DNA of 63,366 bases, filler included, from Choristocarpus tenellus KU-1152 (GCA_964200185.2; 11 parts of 11 records of this genome joined end to end with filler, not necessarily neighbours in it), one strand, 5' to 3'; shown: positions 13,401 through 26,785, numbered from the whole stretch's first letter. Notes: a model not told the origin generated them from the sequence alone. Numbers and translations: made by a program.

Positions 13401-14414
13401 TAGATTGGAGACTGGGCAGTGAGGGAGTGGGGGGGGGGGGGGGGGCCCTGTTGATTATTCCCTAGATGGGAAGAGGGTGGGGGGGGGAAGGAGNNNNNNN
13501 NNNNNNNNNNNNNNNNNNNNNNNNNNNNNNNNNNNNNTTAATTAATTAANNNNNNNNNNNNNNNNNNNNNNNNNNNNNNNNNNNNNNNNNNNNCCAGTGA
13601 TTCTCTTCGCCACCCTTGCCTGAGTGAACCACGCCGCCACAGAATCACAATTGTGGCTTTTGATAACCAATGTCAAGGGCTTTCTGTCACCTAATGACGA
13701 AAGGTGGGTTTGGGACCCCTCAGACTAACACAATAAAAGTTATAGTAGTGGTGATGGTGATGATATAATGATAACAATATCAGTACGAATACTATACTAA
13801 TATGGTTAGGCCACGTTTCACCAGGGGCGGTCTGTGACCTGTTCTGACTGAAACACTGACGACGGCCCTGGTTCGGTTCCTTCATGTTTACCCAGTCCTG
13901 TACAAAGTTCTCTTTCAAATACTTCCAAATCTTTTGTTCCACGGAATAAGTGATAATAAACATATAAACTACTATTCCCAGTGAGTATTGCTAGCAATTG
14001 TACATTGTGGTGTGCAAGATGTGGGCTGAGAGATGTGCGTTTTGCTATTGCAATTCCTTGTAATGAGAAAGGCAGGTAGGGGAAAATGATGCAGCTGTCG
14101 CAAACTGCAGACTGGAAGTGCCAGACCATTAAGCGATTCGATAAACCTTTGTTAATATATCTTCACTAGGTCATCATCATGTATACATCCATCTTATACA
14201 CCTATAAAAATGATAGTTTCACACCAGAGCGAAAATTTTCCAACCAGGCAAGGACCGCCCTCTTTGTGGTAAGATGCGAACTGTGCACACTCCACGAAGT
14301 GCACGTTTAAATTGTCGAATTGTGATTGCATTATTCTGTAGTATTTGACACCATTCAGAGCAACTGTGATGATATTTACACATGTTGAAATTGTATTTCC
14401 CACTTGAAGAATTG

Positions 14415-15085
14415 GAGTGAGGGTGATCGCAATCGAGTTCCTCATGTAGAGTAGGCAGTGCTGGACATTTCAATACCAGCAATCCGCCAAGCACAAGTCT
14501 AGTCATGGTCCAAGTGGAGAGTCCCTTCCATGCAGTATTTGATATGAACCTTACCAAACAACCAAGCCACAATAGTTCATCACAGCAGGAAGGAGACACT
14601 ATGCGTGGCTACTGGGTGGGAGGGAAGTGGTCGTTGGAGGGGGATGCGTTTTAATCCCACTCATTTTGCCCAAAAGTTATGATGGGTGAAGAGTATCATC
14701 AATATGTTGTACGATACGATAGTATGAAGTATTTTATACTACATAGTAAATAGTATGTCGAAATAGTACACAAATAATACTGCAAGTACATAATATCACC
14801 TCCAAAAATTGTGCGATATTACAGCTGTGACTGTTGGCTTTTAACACCATTCAGATCAACAGTAACAACATACACACTTGCTCACAACACATTACCAACC
14901 GTAACGATGTGAACACTCACAAAAACAATATCTTCCACAGTTTGAATCAGAGTGCGGGGTGGTCAACAATGAGTTCCTCGTTAAGAGTAGACCCTGCTGA
15001 ACATTTCAATGCCAGCAATCTGTCTAGCACAATTCTAGTGTGGATCAAGAGGGAGAGATCTTCAATACGGTAGTAGATACATTCT
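14415..15085. repeat. Diverged direct duplication (~14415-14545 and ~14950-15085)
   Basis: GAGTTCCTC..AGAGTAG..TGCTG.ACATTTCAAT.CCAGCAATC...AGCACAA.TCTAGT shared. Confidence 0.7.
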
Positions 15086-18000
15086 GATCGGTGAAACACT
15101 AACGTTTTATAGGGGGTGTACACATCCTCACATTTGTTGAAAAAAGTTATTCGAGATATTTTTGGCGAACATGACAATCTGTCATACCCACTAAAGTGGT
15201 GAGTGTTTAGACCACCTTCTAATTTAGCGTCTGAGACAGACTGTTACGCCTACTTACCAGAAACGTGTTCTAAATGCACTGCTATGAAAACAAACCTAGA
15301 GAGGTTTGAAGCTGAAAAGAAAAACTAAAACTAGATTAGGCTTATCAGACACCAAGGTTACAGCACGACCCTCATCATGTTTGCTACTTTACCCTAACCC
15401 TAACCCTAATACAAAATGTAAAACACAAACAGATAAATTGCACAAAAGCAAATATATGGTGTAAGTTGGGTACCTCTGTAATCTGGGGTTCTGTAAACGT
15501 ATCCACCTGTGTCCCGATAAACCTCACAACAAATAAATTAGAAATAGGTCACAAATTGGAGTGGTGACTGCCTTTTCTACTAGGGTAAAAAACGAGCACA
15601 AAACAAAAACTTCTGTACTGCCAAGACACCGACCTCTGGCAATAATCCTGAGTAGACTATAACAAATAGGTGGGGTGACCCTCCCTTTGCATGGAAGCAA
15701 CGTGTTCGGATGGTGAGGAGGCAGTGAGCGCAGGCGGAAGAGGATATATTTCCGTGATTGGCAATGTGGTGCAGCAATAACTGTGAATACAAAATATATT
15801 GTTTTCAACTTCCTTCAGTGTTGGACTTGTTTATTGAATGGAACAACTCATGGTTGTTGAGTGATTGAGTGCAACGCCATTCAGAACGCGAAGTTAGTGA
15901 GTAGGCGTAAGAACCAGGGACTGACGATAATTTTCGATTTTCTAGGAATTCTAAAACAACACCATTTTTGCGAGTGTGAGGGGTAGGAATTCTTGATAAT
16001 ATTGGGTTGCAATCCTTAGCACATGTCAGGTGAGGTATGGTATCGTAGTAGAGGTTGAGTTTGAGAGAGGTGAGGCTCAAAGTATCTAGGGTCCTCACTC
16101 TGATTCATCCTGTTGTTGTAGGAGGATGTTTCAATATTTCTTTTGACTAAGAAAGTGTGTCCATAATTATCCTGGTAGTGTACTTTTTAGACAGAGCCAC
16201 CTGGCGTCATATTTGTCATGAATTGTGTTAAGTGAGTTGAAAACATGGTTAAACCATGTAGTAGGGTGGTTGTGTGTATTATCGAATTCTCTTTTGTTGT
16301 GTGGAGTATTCAATCATGTTGTTAGGGATGCTTTATATTAATTCTGTGTTGTGTTGTAGGATGGGTTCCCGCGCGGAGGAAGAGTTTGGCGCGTGTCGCG
16401 CGTTTGATCAAAACCTCTCTCCTTAGTTTTACTCTGTTATCGTCAAGGTTCACTTGCTTCACCTGATGAACGTAACGGGGTGGAAGTCGTCAAGGAGCCC
16501 GTGAGGGTTCCCCTAGGATCCATTAAATATACTATCACCTTTCTCTAGAGTAATTTTCGGGATAGCTGAATTTCGGCTTCATCCCGCCCTCGTGAAGGGG
16601 CGGGTGAGCCCATGAAGCTTGATGGAGGAGGAGCTCAGGGTACCTCTCCCATACAGAGTGACCCAGGAAAGAGAACGCAGGGAAACATTGAGAATAGGGA
16701 AGTGATTAGTGCCCTCCGTCCGTTTGTGTGTTCCTTTGCGAATGCCTGTCGTCAAGATGCTGTCGGAGGGTCAGGTTCGGCTGTCCCATCAACAGCACGA
16801 GCAGCAGTAGCATCACTTGTCAGGACGGCTGGTGCTCTTCTTGAGCATCTTTCGGCGCACCTTTCTCAGGTCAGCTTGTTGGATTTGATAAGAATCCTCC
16901 AGCAATGTAGTGTATCCAGTCGTCCATCACTCTGAGCTCCTAGTGCAACCTCGAAATACTGGAGTGGTTCGTCCTCAGTCTCTTATCTTACAGTTGTGCC
17001 GTAGGAAGAGACCACGAACTACCCCAAGGGATCTGGAAAAAGGAACTCTTGGATAATACAGTGGATAAAGGCTCCGTCTGTGCCAGGGAAGCTCTTTTGG
17101 CGTGCGGAGATGCGTGTGGTCGTTGCACATTGGTGCTGCGGTGCTAGCCCTATCTTGGCGTTCACCACACCTATTTTTTTTAGTTTGTTTGGTCAAGGTG
17201 TACGTACCAGTGCCATACTTTCCTACGTCGCTTCTAATTATACTATTCCTTCTATTCTCCTTTCTCTCTTTGATTGTCCTCCCAGAATTATATCCCACGA
17301 ATCCCTGGTTACTTTAGTTGCCCTCTGACGACAAGGGCCTCTCACGAGAAAGTGCTAACCTTGAGATATCTCCTCAAGTCTGTTTGCTATTTCCAGACTA
17401 ACATCCATCCCTGTACTCTTGTTCTGACCACTGGTGTCACCAGCACCGAGGAGAACGTCTGACGGACGCGCAGCGGGAGGGCTACTTGTGTGTTCTTGCC
17501 TTGGCGGACTATGTTGCAGAGGCTCTATGGGTGCGCTATATGAGCAATTTGTAACTTCATCGTGATCTCATTACCCAAATGGTTGTATTTTCATTTGCAC
17601 GTGTATATGTACATACAGATGTATGCATTTATGCATTCACTATGTAAGGTGTAGGCTCATACCAAGTGGGGTGAATACTGGAGTGTTTTTGTACCCTGTT
17701 CACTCAATAACAATTGTACTTTAGGTGTCACTAGCTGTGCATTTCTCATTTGTTTTAAACTTATTGGTTGGTTGAGACATGGGACAGTATAGTTTTGCGT
17801 ACAAGTAAGTGTATATGGTGAATGGTGATTATTGATGTCATTGTAATTAATCTAGCTGTATGCGCGAACGCTTGTGCATCTCTCCCTTATAGTGTTGAGT
17901 AATCAAGCTATGGGATATGTGACTTTTCCCTAAGAATGTGCATTGCGAGTGATAATAGTATGCCATCAGGTCGCCCTCTCACACTAGCATCCTGGGGTAA

Positions 18001-20509
18001 CTCCCACCATATATTACTGTCCACCCAACCACCTTCTCCCTGTAACTACTCTACCCTTCTTCCCAATTTGCATGTCTTCCTCTCCCTACCCTCAACATAT
18101 ATCCTTTCAAATACTGGGTCCAACTTTGCATTTGTTGGTTGTTTCCAGCCGAGTGGATCGTCCAGCAGTTACAAAAGCCCTGAGCACACATCTCGCCCTG
18201 GGCTGTGGCAAGATGTAACTCCTAGCAGTGCTGCAACGATAGGCAAGCAGGCCACAACTTATGCCATCAGGTATGAAGGTTATGTTCGGGGATCAGATGT
18301 GGGATTGAGGGAGCTGTTTGGGTTATGGGGAACTGTTGATGGGTCAGGTTGTGAACTATGTGCAGTGGGGTGATCTATGCTCATAGTGCAATACATGGTG
18401 AGGTCTTGAGTGTATTTGGTCCTTGTTGCTTGTGGCAAAAGGCCTCTTGGAACCCTGAATTGAGGAACACTGTGATGCATCTTACCTCAATGGAAGTATA
18501 ATTGCAAGAGTCAGGAGTGCCATCATGGTTTTTGTGTTCCAGACAATTTCTGCTTGCACTGATGGGGTGTGTTGGTAGCAAGTGCCTTTTAAGATATAAC
18601 GTAGCAGGTGCTTCTGTAGGTGCAATGGTTTCACCTGTGGATGTGTTTGTTCAAGAGATGATAGCATATTGTTGTAAGATTGAGGTGTGGAACGCGTGGT
18701 GACTCTTGATCGATTGCCCTGCCTTTTGAATAAAGAGATTGGAAAAATACCTCTTCTCCTACAACAAGTACCTTTCTGTTCATCCACAACTGTTCTAGGA
18801 ATTGTATTGTGGTAGTTTATTGGCAGTGATGGTTGCTGGGAGGAGTTGGTTCGGAGGAGCCTGGGGTGTGTGTGAGCTGTGTGATGTGGTTAGAACTTGC
18901 ACTTCTGACGAACATTTTCTCCAAGTAGAAATACAGTAAATTAATGTTGACACATTTATCTTTATTGCTATGTGGCCCAGCGCATATTTTGGATCTCTGT
19001 TAAGTTTTGGCCCAGCAATGCAGTGATGATCTGGTATGTTCGTATCTTAAACCCAGTTTTGGGGAAGTCCTGTCTATTTTTATCATTCTCGCATACCTTT
19101 TTTTTTCAAGATTTTTAATTTTGTATGAGACAAATTTGCTACCTATGGTGTATTTTCCATGGATGCACTCTATTATTTTCAAAATCTAATAGACATTGGA
19201 GTCTCTAGGCACACGTACTCTTTTGTCACCCCTGCAGTGCTTGTGTAGACCCCCCCCCTCCCCCCCCCCTGAAAAACAAAACAAAACAAAACGACTCGCA
19301 CNNNNNNNNNNNNNNNNNNNNNNNNNNNNNNNNNNNNNNNNNNNNTTAATTAATTAANNNNNNNNNNNNNNNNNNNNNNNNNNNNNNNNNNNNNNNNNNN
19401 NCACTCCCCCCCCCCCCCCCCCCCTGCCCAAAATTGCTGTGCCAGTGTGAAGGAATTTTTCCAGGTGCCAGGAAATATTAAGAAATATACCTTTATATAT
19501 GCAGATGTGTATTGTACAATAGTGCACCATGACACAAATATCATACAGAGTGGTAATCAAGGTTGGTAGTACTAACACCTATAATTCAGCATGCAATATT
19601 AGAGAGTGCAACAAAAAAAGTCTATGAGCTAACTTTTAGTTCTGAAATAAAATTGGCACTATGGAAGAAACCAAAAATAACATACTTTCTTGTTTCTAGA
19701 GCAAATTTTCCGCCTAGTTGCTCAATGCTGTGGGCTGGAAAACATTCATAAAAATCTCTGGGTTGTCTTCAAGGGCCCTCCCCAATGAAAACAATCCATT
19801 TTTAATTATTCCACACATCGCACAACAATGAGAGCAGAAAAAAATATAAAAAAGAACAAGGGATTGAGTTTCTTGCTTACATACTAGAGGTGACGATTTG
19901 TTGTGTTTGAAGGAGAAAGAAAGGCATTTGTCGTGCTTTTTGATTTCTCCAGGCCTTGGACAAAACACTTCTGACACCATCACAACAACTGGACGCCAGA
20001 GATAAAAGCTCCAACAGCTGTCCTTAAAATACAAGTAACAAACGTGAATCTCCACATAACACATAAAACATCATACCCCAGAGTAATATGATTATAATTG
20101 TAACATATGGAAGACCTGCCTGAGTTTGTTGGTGGTGCAGGACTCTGTCCAATCAACACACAAAACATACACACACAAGGCTGTCCAATCAACACGCTTG
20201 CAGGGAACACAGGGTAGGGGAGGGAGAGCACTCTCAGAACAAAAAGCACCCGTTCAAAATTTAGTGTCAACCATAAGGTCACATGTAATACATTAAAAAA
20301 AATATCTAGGTGGTCCAAGGAAAAAGTGTAGAATCTTACACAGAACAAAAAAAGCCCATCACAATTCTGCAGTAGTCCCAATGCAAACCTTATTTGGAGT
20401 CTAGTCAGTGTTGCAATACTTTTTTGGACACCTTTTGGACACCAACAATACCATCGAGTAGCTCACCACCACCCTCTAACGTACCTATACAGAGCTCTAC
20501 ATTCCTCAC

Positions 20510-21406
20510 CATAAAACGGGATCCCCAATAGGATTTTGGTCAGCATTCCCTGATCATCCCCTGCCAGAGTAAGGACAGCCTCCTTCACCCACTCAAAGGG
20601 GGCATTAGGAACACCCCTGCCATTCCCCACGTAAGCAGCATAGTCGTATGTCATGAGGGAGAACCGGTGAATCATACCTGCAGCCTTCTTGAATTGTGAA
20701 TTGCTTATCTGTGTACCAGGGCGGACTGCCTGAAGAGGTTCAAAATAAAGAAAAGGGCATTGGAGACAACGTCAGGGTGTTGAAGTAAAACTTGAAGTAC
20801 AACTTTGAAGCACAACTCAGGAACCTTCAAGACAGGCCAAGACACCACAGCTCCTAGTGAACTCTGTTCCAGATGCACCGGCTACGCATCCCAACTCCAG
20901 TTATACTACATTGTGGTGTGCACACTCTAGCTAAAACATAGGGGAGGGGAAAATTTGTTAATGTCAGTACAAGGAAGCACTAAAATATCGCTAAGACCAT
21001 CACATCCTTACACCCATGTATCATCTCAGCCAGAAACACACAAGAAAAATAAACTGTTACAATATATACATATATATATATTGCACTTCAACTTCAACAT
21101 CATGCAAAGAAATACTCTACGACAGAAACATTTGATTGTGCTATTTATCTAGTGGTTGATCTTCACATTTACAGAAAAGGAATTGTTCCTCTGGATTATT
21201 GCCAACAGAGACTGTTTGGACGGTAGAACAAGCAAACATTGAGGATTCCAACCAATCTCTCCTTCTGGGTGTCTTTGTTGAGAGGGGAAGGTTCTTGCTA
21301 AGAAATGACAACACCAAAAATTGTATGTAAAAAAAAATATTTCCTGACCCTCATTGGCCAGTTGTAATGTGTCAAAATCAGATCCATGCATTCACAAGGT
21401 ACCAAT

Positions 21407-21439
<33 letters not shown>

Positions 21440-21601
21440 ATCTAGGAATGTAACAACCCATACTGCCACTTAAGCAGTCCTTTCTATCTTGCCTGAATAA
21501 GAAGCAGTTCAATGCCTCTATCCTTGCTCATGGTGTGAATGGCCTGTAGGAAGGCGTCAATGCCATTTGATAGTGGTATATCAAGGACAAAACCGTGATA
21601 C
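20510..21601 (-). CDS. CHID1: Chitinase domain-containing protein 1-like (GH18), internal exons 21601-21493, 20729-20510
   Basis: YHGFVLD...FSLMTYDY...PNAPFEWVKE...KILLGIPFYG matches CHID1 motifs; joined by a phase-0 GC-AG intron. Confidence 0.85.
21408..21438. repeat. (TAC)n microsatellite
   Basis: Direct reading. Confidence 0.9.
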
Positions 21602-22130
21602 CTTGGGGGTGGTAGGCATAGGGGGAGGGGGAGGAAGAAGCAATGGAGGAAGCTGAGAAGAACCTTCTGAGAAGGCAAAGTTGTGATGATAACGGCCTAT
21701 TGCTAGATGAAGAACCTTCTGATCCCTAAGAGCAAAACAGTGAGCTGGACTGTCAATTGGGCACACCCTGTACAAAACAAAAATGTGTTCATGATAATTA
21801 CCGCAGTCAGTCCCTCATCGGCAGTACTTGTGCACATCCATTTTTCACCTTTCTTGCAAATCTCTCAATAACAAGGTTAGACACCACCGAGCACCTCCTG
21901 CAATTGAGTTTTCACATGCGACTATGTCATACGAGATCAAGCAAGAACACTCACTCAAACAGTGACCCCCCCCCCCCCCTGGATGACTTCACCCCAACAG
22001 ACACCGAGAGCATATTTGATGCACACTGCCNNNNNNNNNNNNNNNNNNNNNNNNNNNNNNNNNNNNNNNNNNNNTTAATTAATTAANNNNNNNNNNNNNN
22101 NNNNNNNNNNNNNNNNNNNNNNNNNNNNNN

Positions 22131-22180
22131 GATTTGAGTTGTACATCCTGGAAGGTGAGCATTGAGGGGCGCCTGTAACA
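22131..22180 (+). mobile_element. LTR-like terminus ending GGGGCGCCTGTAACA (also 7520-7532; reverse copy 27354-27410)
   Basis: Three homologous copies end at the same TGTAACA boundary. Confidence 0.5.
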
Positions 22181-22269
22181 GTAACACAGTCGAGTTTACC
22201 ACTCTCTCTGGATTGCGCCAAGGACACAGGCAGAACAACTGAAACCCGGATTGAAGTGATAAAAGGCAA

Positions 22270-23220
22270 GGAGGACTTACTGCAAGAGTGGAAACGTGTG
22301 TGGCAGACTGTGAGCCATCAGTGGTGAAGATGGGTCGGTTACAGTAGAATCGTCGCATAATCATCTATCATAGCATAGATCACCGCTTGGAGTGTGTGGT
22401 AAGTATAAAAGAGGACATGAAATCAGCCCTTGGTGGCATCTATTACATGTCTAGTCAGCGCAAGGAGCACTTAGAGGAGATGTGTATAATGTCGAGAATC
22501 GAGATCAAGAGAGTGGTGCAGGATGTACCAACTCATTGGTAGTACAAATATTTGGTGGTGGAGCGCTTCCTGTACCTTGGACCTGCCATCAGTCTTTGAG
22601 AAAACATTGATGTTCATCCACAAAGCATGTCAACATTCGAGTGGGAGGTAAGCACTTGTTATAGGAACATGAAACAGAAATTAAAACTTCTTATATAGGA
22701 GGCCTAAATGTAGAAGTCGCTTCTAACCTTTCAGAGTTTCCGCAAAAGTGTGAAGTAATAACCAATGAATGCCTTTCGGATTTAAATTCCGGCATCTATC
22801 ACAAACACCACGTTCCTTCTTTCAACTTTGGTCCCTGTTTTACATCTCCAATCTTCTCATCTTTGATGTTTCTTCCCCACCAAACATCCCGCCTCGCTTT
22901 TACTTGTTCTTTTGCTATACTCAGGTGAGGGGTCTGGGAAAAAGTTGCTGGGAACTCATCATGAAAGCACTGATGACGTTCGAGGGCTACACATATGTGA
23001 CGGTATCTGTAGTCATCCCCATTATATATGATGCAAGAGTGGAGCTGGAGGAAGCATTGCAAGCCTGCAGCACCTTCAAAGCCACCACCCCTAAACAGGT
23101 GAAAGTAATAACTACCATACGCCAGCGTGTGGGAGTAATGACTGATTTCGTGAACCGCTTTGGCGATACAGGCAGGAAAATTGTCCAGTACTATGAGGGT
23201 GAGAAAAGGCAGATGAGAGG
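22270..23220 (+). pseudogene. hAT transposase relic (intron ~22648-22924)
   Basis: IDHRLECVV...VVQDVPTHW*YKYLVVERFLYLGPAI and WELIMKALMTFEGYTYVTVSVVIPII resemble hAT CxxH, DVxTRWNS and later blocks; stops present. Confidence 0.75.
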
Positions 23221-23726
23221 GTATGTGGAAGCAGGTCCTTGCTGTTCAAAAATAGGCTACTTATTTGTTTTTCTTGATACGATACAGTACTACCAGTCAA
23301 TACTGACTGTTGATTGGTCCGTTACACACTGGTCGTTACTGTCACTGGTTCATCATCACCACATCAATTACTGTCAGAACACCACAGTACAGAACAGTCA
23401 CTCCGCATCCCGCACACAGGAATATTATGCCTTACTTGAGTTGCATCACATATTTATTCAAGCTTGTTTTTGTTGTGCCGTTTTTGTTCTCTTTCTCTTT
23501 CTTCTTCAAAGCAGCAGAAGACCACAACGTTAATTCTGATTATTTTTTATTTCTTGGTTGTCATTGCTCCCTCATATTGCACCAAGCTCGCTCTGCAATA
23601 AGTGTACCTGATGCACGCCTGGATGTTATATATTCGGAGATAAACCATACACGGAAACCCTTGTCCGCCAAGGTAACAACCTCTCCACAGAGCATGGACT
23701 TCTTTAGTTGAGTATCTCAAGAAAGA

Positions 23727-23801
23727 GACCGAAAGTATCTAGGGGGGGAGTCTACACCAGAGTGTCCGTTTCGACCAAAATCAGGAAAAGTGCATTTACA
23801 T
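23727..23801 (+). mobile_element. MITE family A partial copy
   Basis: GACCGAAAGTATCTAGGGGGGGAGTCTACACCAG...; ends at 10-N gap. Confidence 0.7.
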
Positions 23802-23867
23802 NNNNNNNNNNGAAGTAAAATATATAACATCTTAAAATTAGTGAAAGGAAATCCCTGCAAAAGGTCA

Positions 23868-24044
23868 GACCCAAAGTATCTGGGGGGGGGGGAGTCTACA
23901 CCAGAGTGTCCATTTCGACCAAAATCAGGAAAAATGTATTTACGTTATCCATCCGATGTATGCAACCAAATCACCCAAAAATCGCGATATGAGAAAATTG
24001 ACGTCAACTGGACAGCCGACACCCCCTCCCAGATACTTTGAGCC
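23868..24044 (+). mobile_element. MITE family A full-length copy (177 bp)
   Basis: TIRs GACCCAAAGTATCTGGG ... CCCAGATACTTTGAGCC; absent from the paralogous LTR. Confidence 0.85.
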
Positions 24045-24559
24045 ACAACTCTGAATTCACATCACATGATGATTCTTGACTGAGAGATCGATCACCTCAG
24101 TTACAACAGAATAAATACATCGGTGCTTTGCAGCACTATGACTTCCCTTCCCAACGCAGACCACGCATTTTACTCATCGGTGCTCTGCAGCGCTATGATT
24201 TCTCTTTGCAATGCAGACTACGCATTTTACTCAGAAGAACGTGTTAGATTAGACTCTTCCAACTCTATCGGACAGTTACGGTAAAATATGTATGGAGTAA
24301 GAGAATAATCATTAGTGGTTGAGTTATCAGAACCTTTTACTAGTGATTAGCTGTATGAGAAACGTTCTCATATAAACGGAAATGTTTCTGATTCTATGGG
24401 GTGCTGCATGCCCCACTTAACTTTACAATCACTCTACAGACATCAATCAATCTCGCTGGGTTTATCACTTTTATCCTCTTGGATGATTTGGGAGATACTT
24501 TAACACAATATATTGAAATTTTGGTTTCTAACCCATTAATTTATCATATCTACACAAGA

Positions 24560-26000
24560 AGATGCGATTCTACCTGTTCCTACTGAGGGCCCGTCTATTC
24601 AAGAATTGCGGGAACCTGTTCCTGCTGAGGGCCCATCTGTCCAAGAATTCCGACAACTTATGGCGACAGCAGTGGATCTGTCGAGAAACGTTGGCAATCT
24701 CATGTTGCAGTCTGATAGAGTCAGCAACGGAAATCATCCCGTCGTCTAGGCCGCTATGCCCAGCACACGGCCCCCGACTGGGCAAGTAACTGTCGAAGTG
24801 GGTCCTATGGAGCCCATGATGAGAGAGAATTTCCCAGAGAGGGGAAACAGTTCAAATACTGTGAGTGTCAGAAGTGGGGCGAGCCGAAAGTTCGGTTCTT
24901 CGGATAGCTTGGGGTCAGGCGCACATATTGTTCGCCCTAAGACAAAGAGATCAAGGACCCAACCACCGAAACTATTGGACAACTCGGACTACTGGGACTG
25001 GCGGAGGCGTCTCATCGTGCATTGCCGATATACCCACTGCTTTGGGTGCGTTGACAAGTGAAAGACCAGTCAATCAAGAACGCTCCTACGAGGAACTTCT
25101 CTTGGACGGCTTCAGTGCAAATGATATCTCGATGGCCGAAGAGGCTTACCATGCACTTACTGTTGGCCTCGTCGCACCCACCACCAGGGTGCTGTGCTAT
25201 ACGCACCAAAGCCCGAGCGAGCTTTTCTCAGCAATAGATGATTGGTTGGTTCATGTCTAATACAGTGGGTAATAGCCAACATTTCTTCCATGAGTTTTCA
25301 CTTCAAGGTGGAAAAGGGGGCGAATCTGAACCTGACCTTAAACCACTTGGAAGAGCTACAGGGGAGGATGCTATCGATGGACCTGGTCATCTCGGACAAG
25401 CTGCTGCTCCTACAGTTTATGAGTACTCTCGGATCATATTATGATACCAAGATACGCATGATGGCCTCTCAGAGAGGGTACTATGTCGAGCAGACTTAGA
25501 GAAAACTGCTAGAGAGCGATATGCTTCCCTTCATGAGGGGCAGGACTCAAGACACAAGAACAGCCACGCTTTGGTTCTTAGCAGCTCATCACAGGGGAAG
25601 AATCAGCCTCATCGTAACTGCCAAGGTCGTGGGGTCGTAAATTTCATGGTGGAAGAAAGAAAAATGGTTCTAATTCCACAACCCTAATAGTTCCTCGAAG
25701 ATTCCTTGTGAGAGGTGTGGCAAGAATGGACACGAGAAGGGAACTTCCTCAAACCGCATTTGCACCAAGTGCGGTGGACGTGCCGATGATTCTACAACAT
25801 CTACTTCGGTGTTCATGACTACGGTGGAGTCTGGAAAAGAAAAGAACGAGACTGAGGCGAAATCTTCTCACATTACTTTGGAAAGTGCGACCAGCTGCTG
25901 CGCCAACGAGCGGTATGCACTACTGGCCGCCACTGAGGACACTCCGAGCAGCAATGCTCCAGGCAAGTGCGGGGAAAACGAATGTTGGTGTCAAGTGCTG
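24560..26000 (+). pseudogene. Copia gag relic with zinc knuckle
   Basis: KLLDNSDYWDWRRR; HLEELQGRMLSMDLVISDKLLLLQFMSTLGSYYD (UBN2/gag-like); CERCGKNGH; frameshifts; no pol seen. Confidence 0.75.
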
Positions 26001-26008
26001 GGGATGGC

Positions 26009-26785
26009 TGTTAAAACATAGGCTACTCATCTGTTTGTTCCTTGATACGATACGATACAGTTCCACCAGTCAACATTGACTGTTGATTGGTCTGTTACGT
26101 TCTGGATGCTACTTTCACTAGTTCATCATTACCACATCAACTACAATCAGAACACCATAGTACAGAACAGTCGCTCTGCGTTCCACACAAATAGTATAGT
26201 ATAGTATAGTATACGTCACTTGAGTTGCATCACACATTGGTTTAAGTTTGTTTTCTTCCTCTCTTGTTTGTTTTTCTTTCACTCTTTCTTCTTATCAACA
26301 GAAGATCTATGACACTTGTACGTTGATTGTTGATTATTATTTCTTTCGTGACTGCCATTGATCCCTCAATTTGCACCTAACTCATTATGCAAACCGTGTA
26401 CCAAACACGCAAATAAATGGATGTAATATAATCAGAGTTAAAAAACCATACGCGGAAACCCTTGGAGGCCAAGATAACAAGCCTCTCCACAGAGCATGGA
26501 CTTCTTTCGTTGAGTATCTCATGAAAGAGCACTAATTTTACATCACATCATTCTGGATTGAGCAACCAAGAATACCGAATTCACATCGCATCATTCTTGA
26601 CTGAGAGATCAATGACCTCAGTTACGACAGAATAAATACATCGGTGCTTTGCGGCACAATCACATCCATCCATAAACATAGACTACCCATATTACTCATC
26701 GGTGCTTTGCAACACCATGGTTCCTCATCGCTCATAGTCTATGCATTTGCCTACATGTACGATGCACTCGATTCAGGTTTCAACA
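26009..26785 (+). mobile_element. Copia-type LTR copy 2
   Basis: TGTTAAAAC...GTTTCAACA inverted termini (8/9 match); homologous to copy 1. Confidence 0.8.

Larger units (their letters stand above)
23243..24264 (+). mobile_element. Copia-type LTR copy 1 (interrupted by MITE A)
   Basis: Starts TGTTCAAAATAGGCTAC; collinear with 26009-26785; 3' end approximate. Confidence 0.7.

Noticed and set aside
22769-23533. 254-aa ORF as an intact gene
   Set aside because: Chimera of intron, hAT exon and LTR sequence
23727-23811. Genuine tandem MITE insertion
   Set aside because: Adjacent to a 10-N gap; cannot exclude assembly duplication
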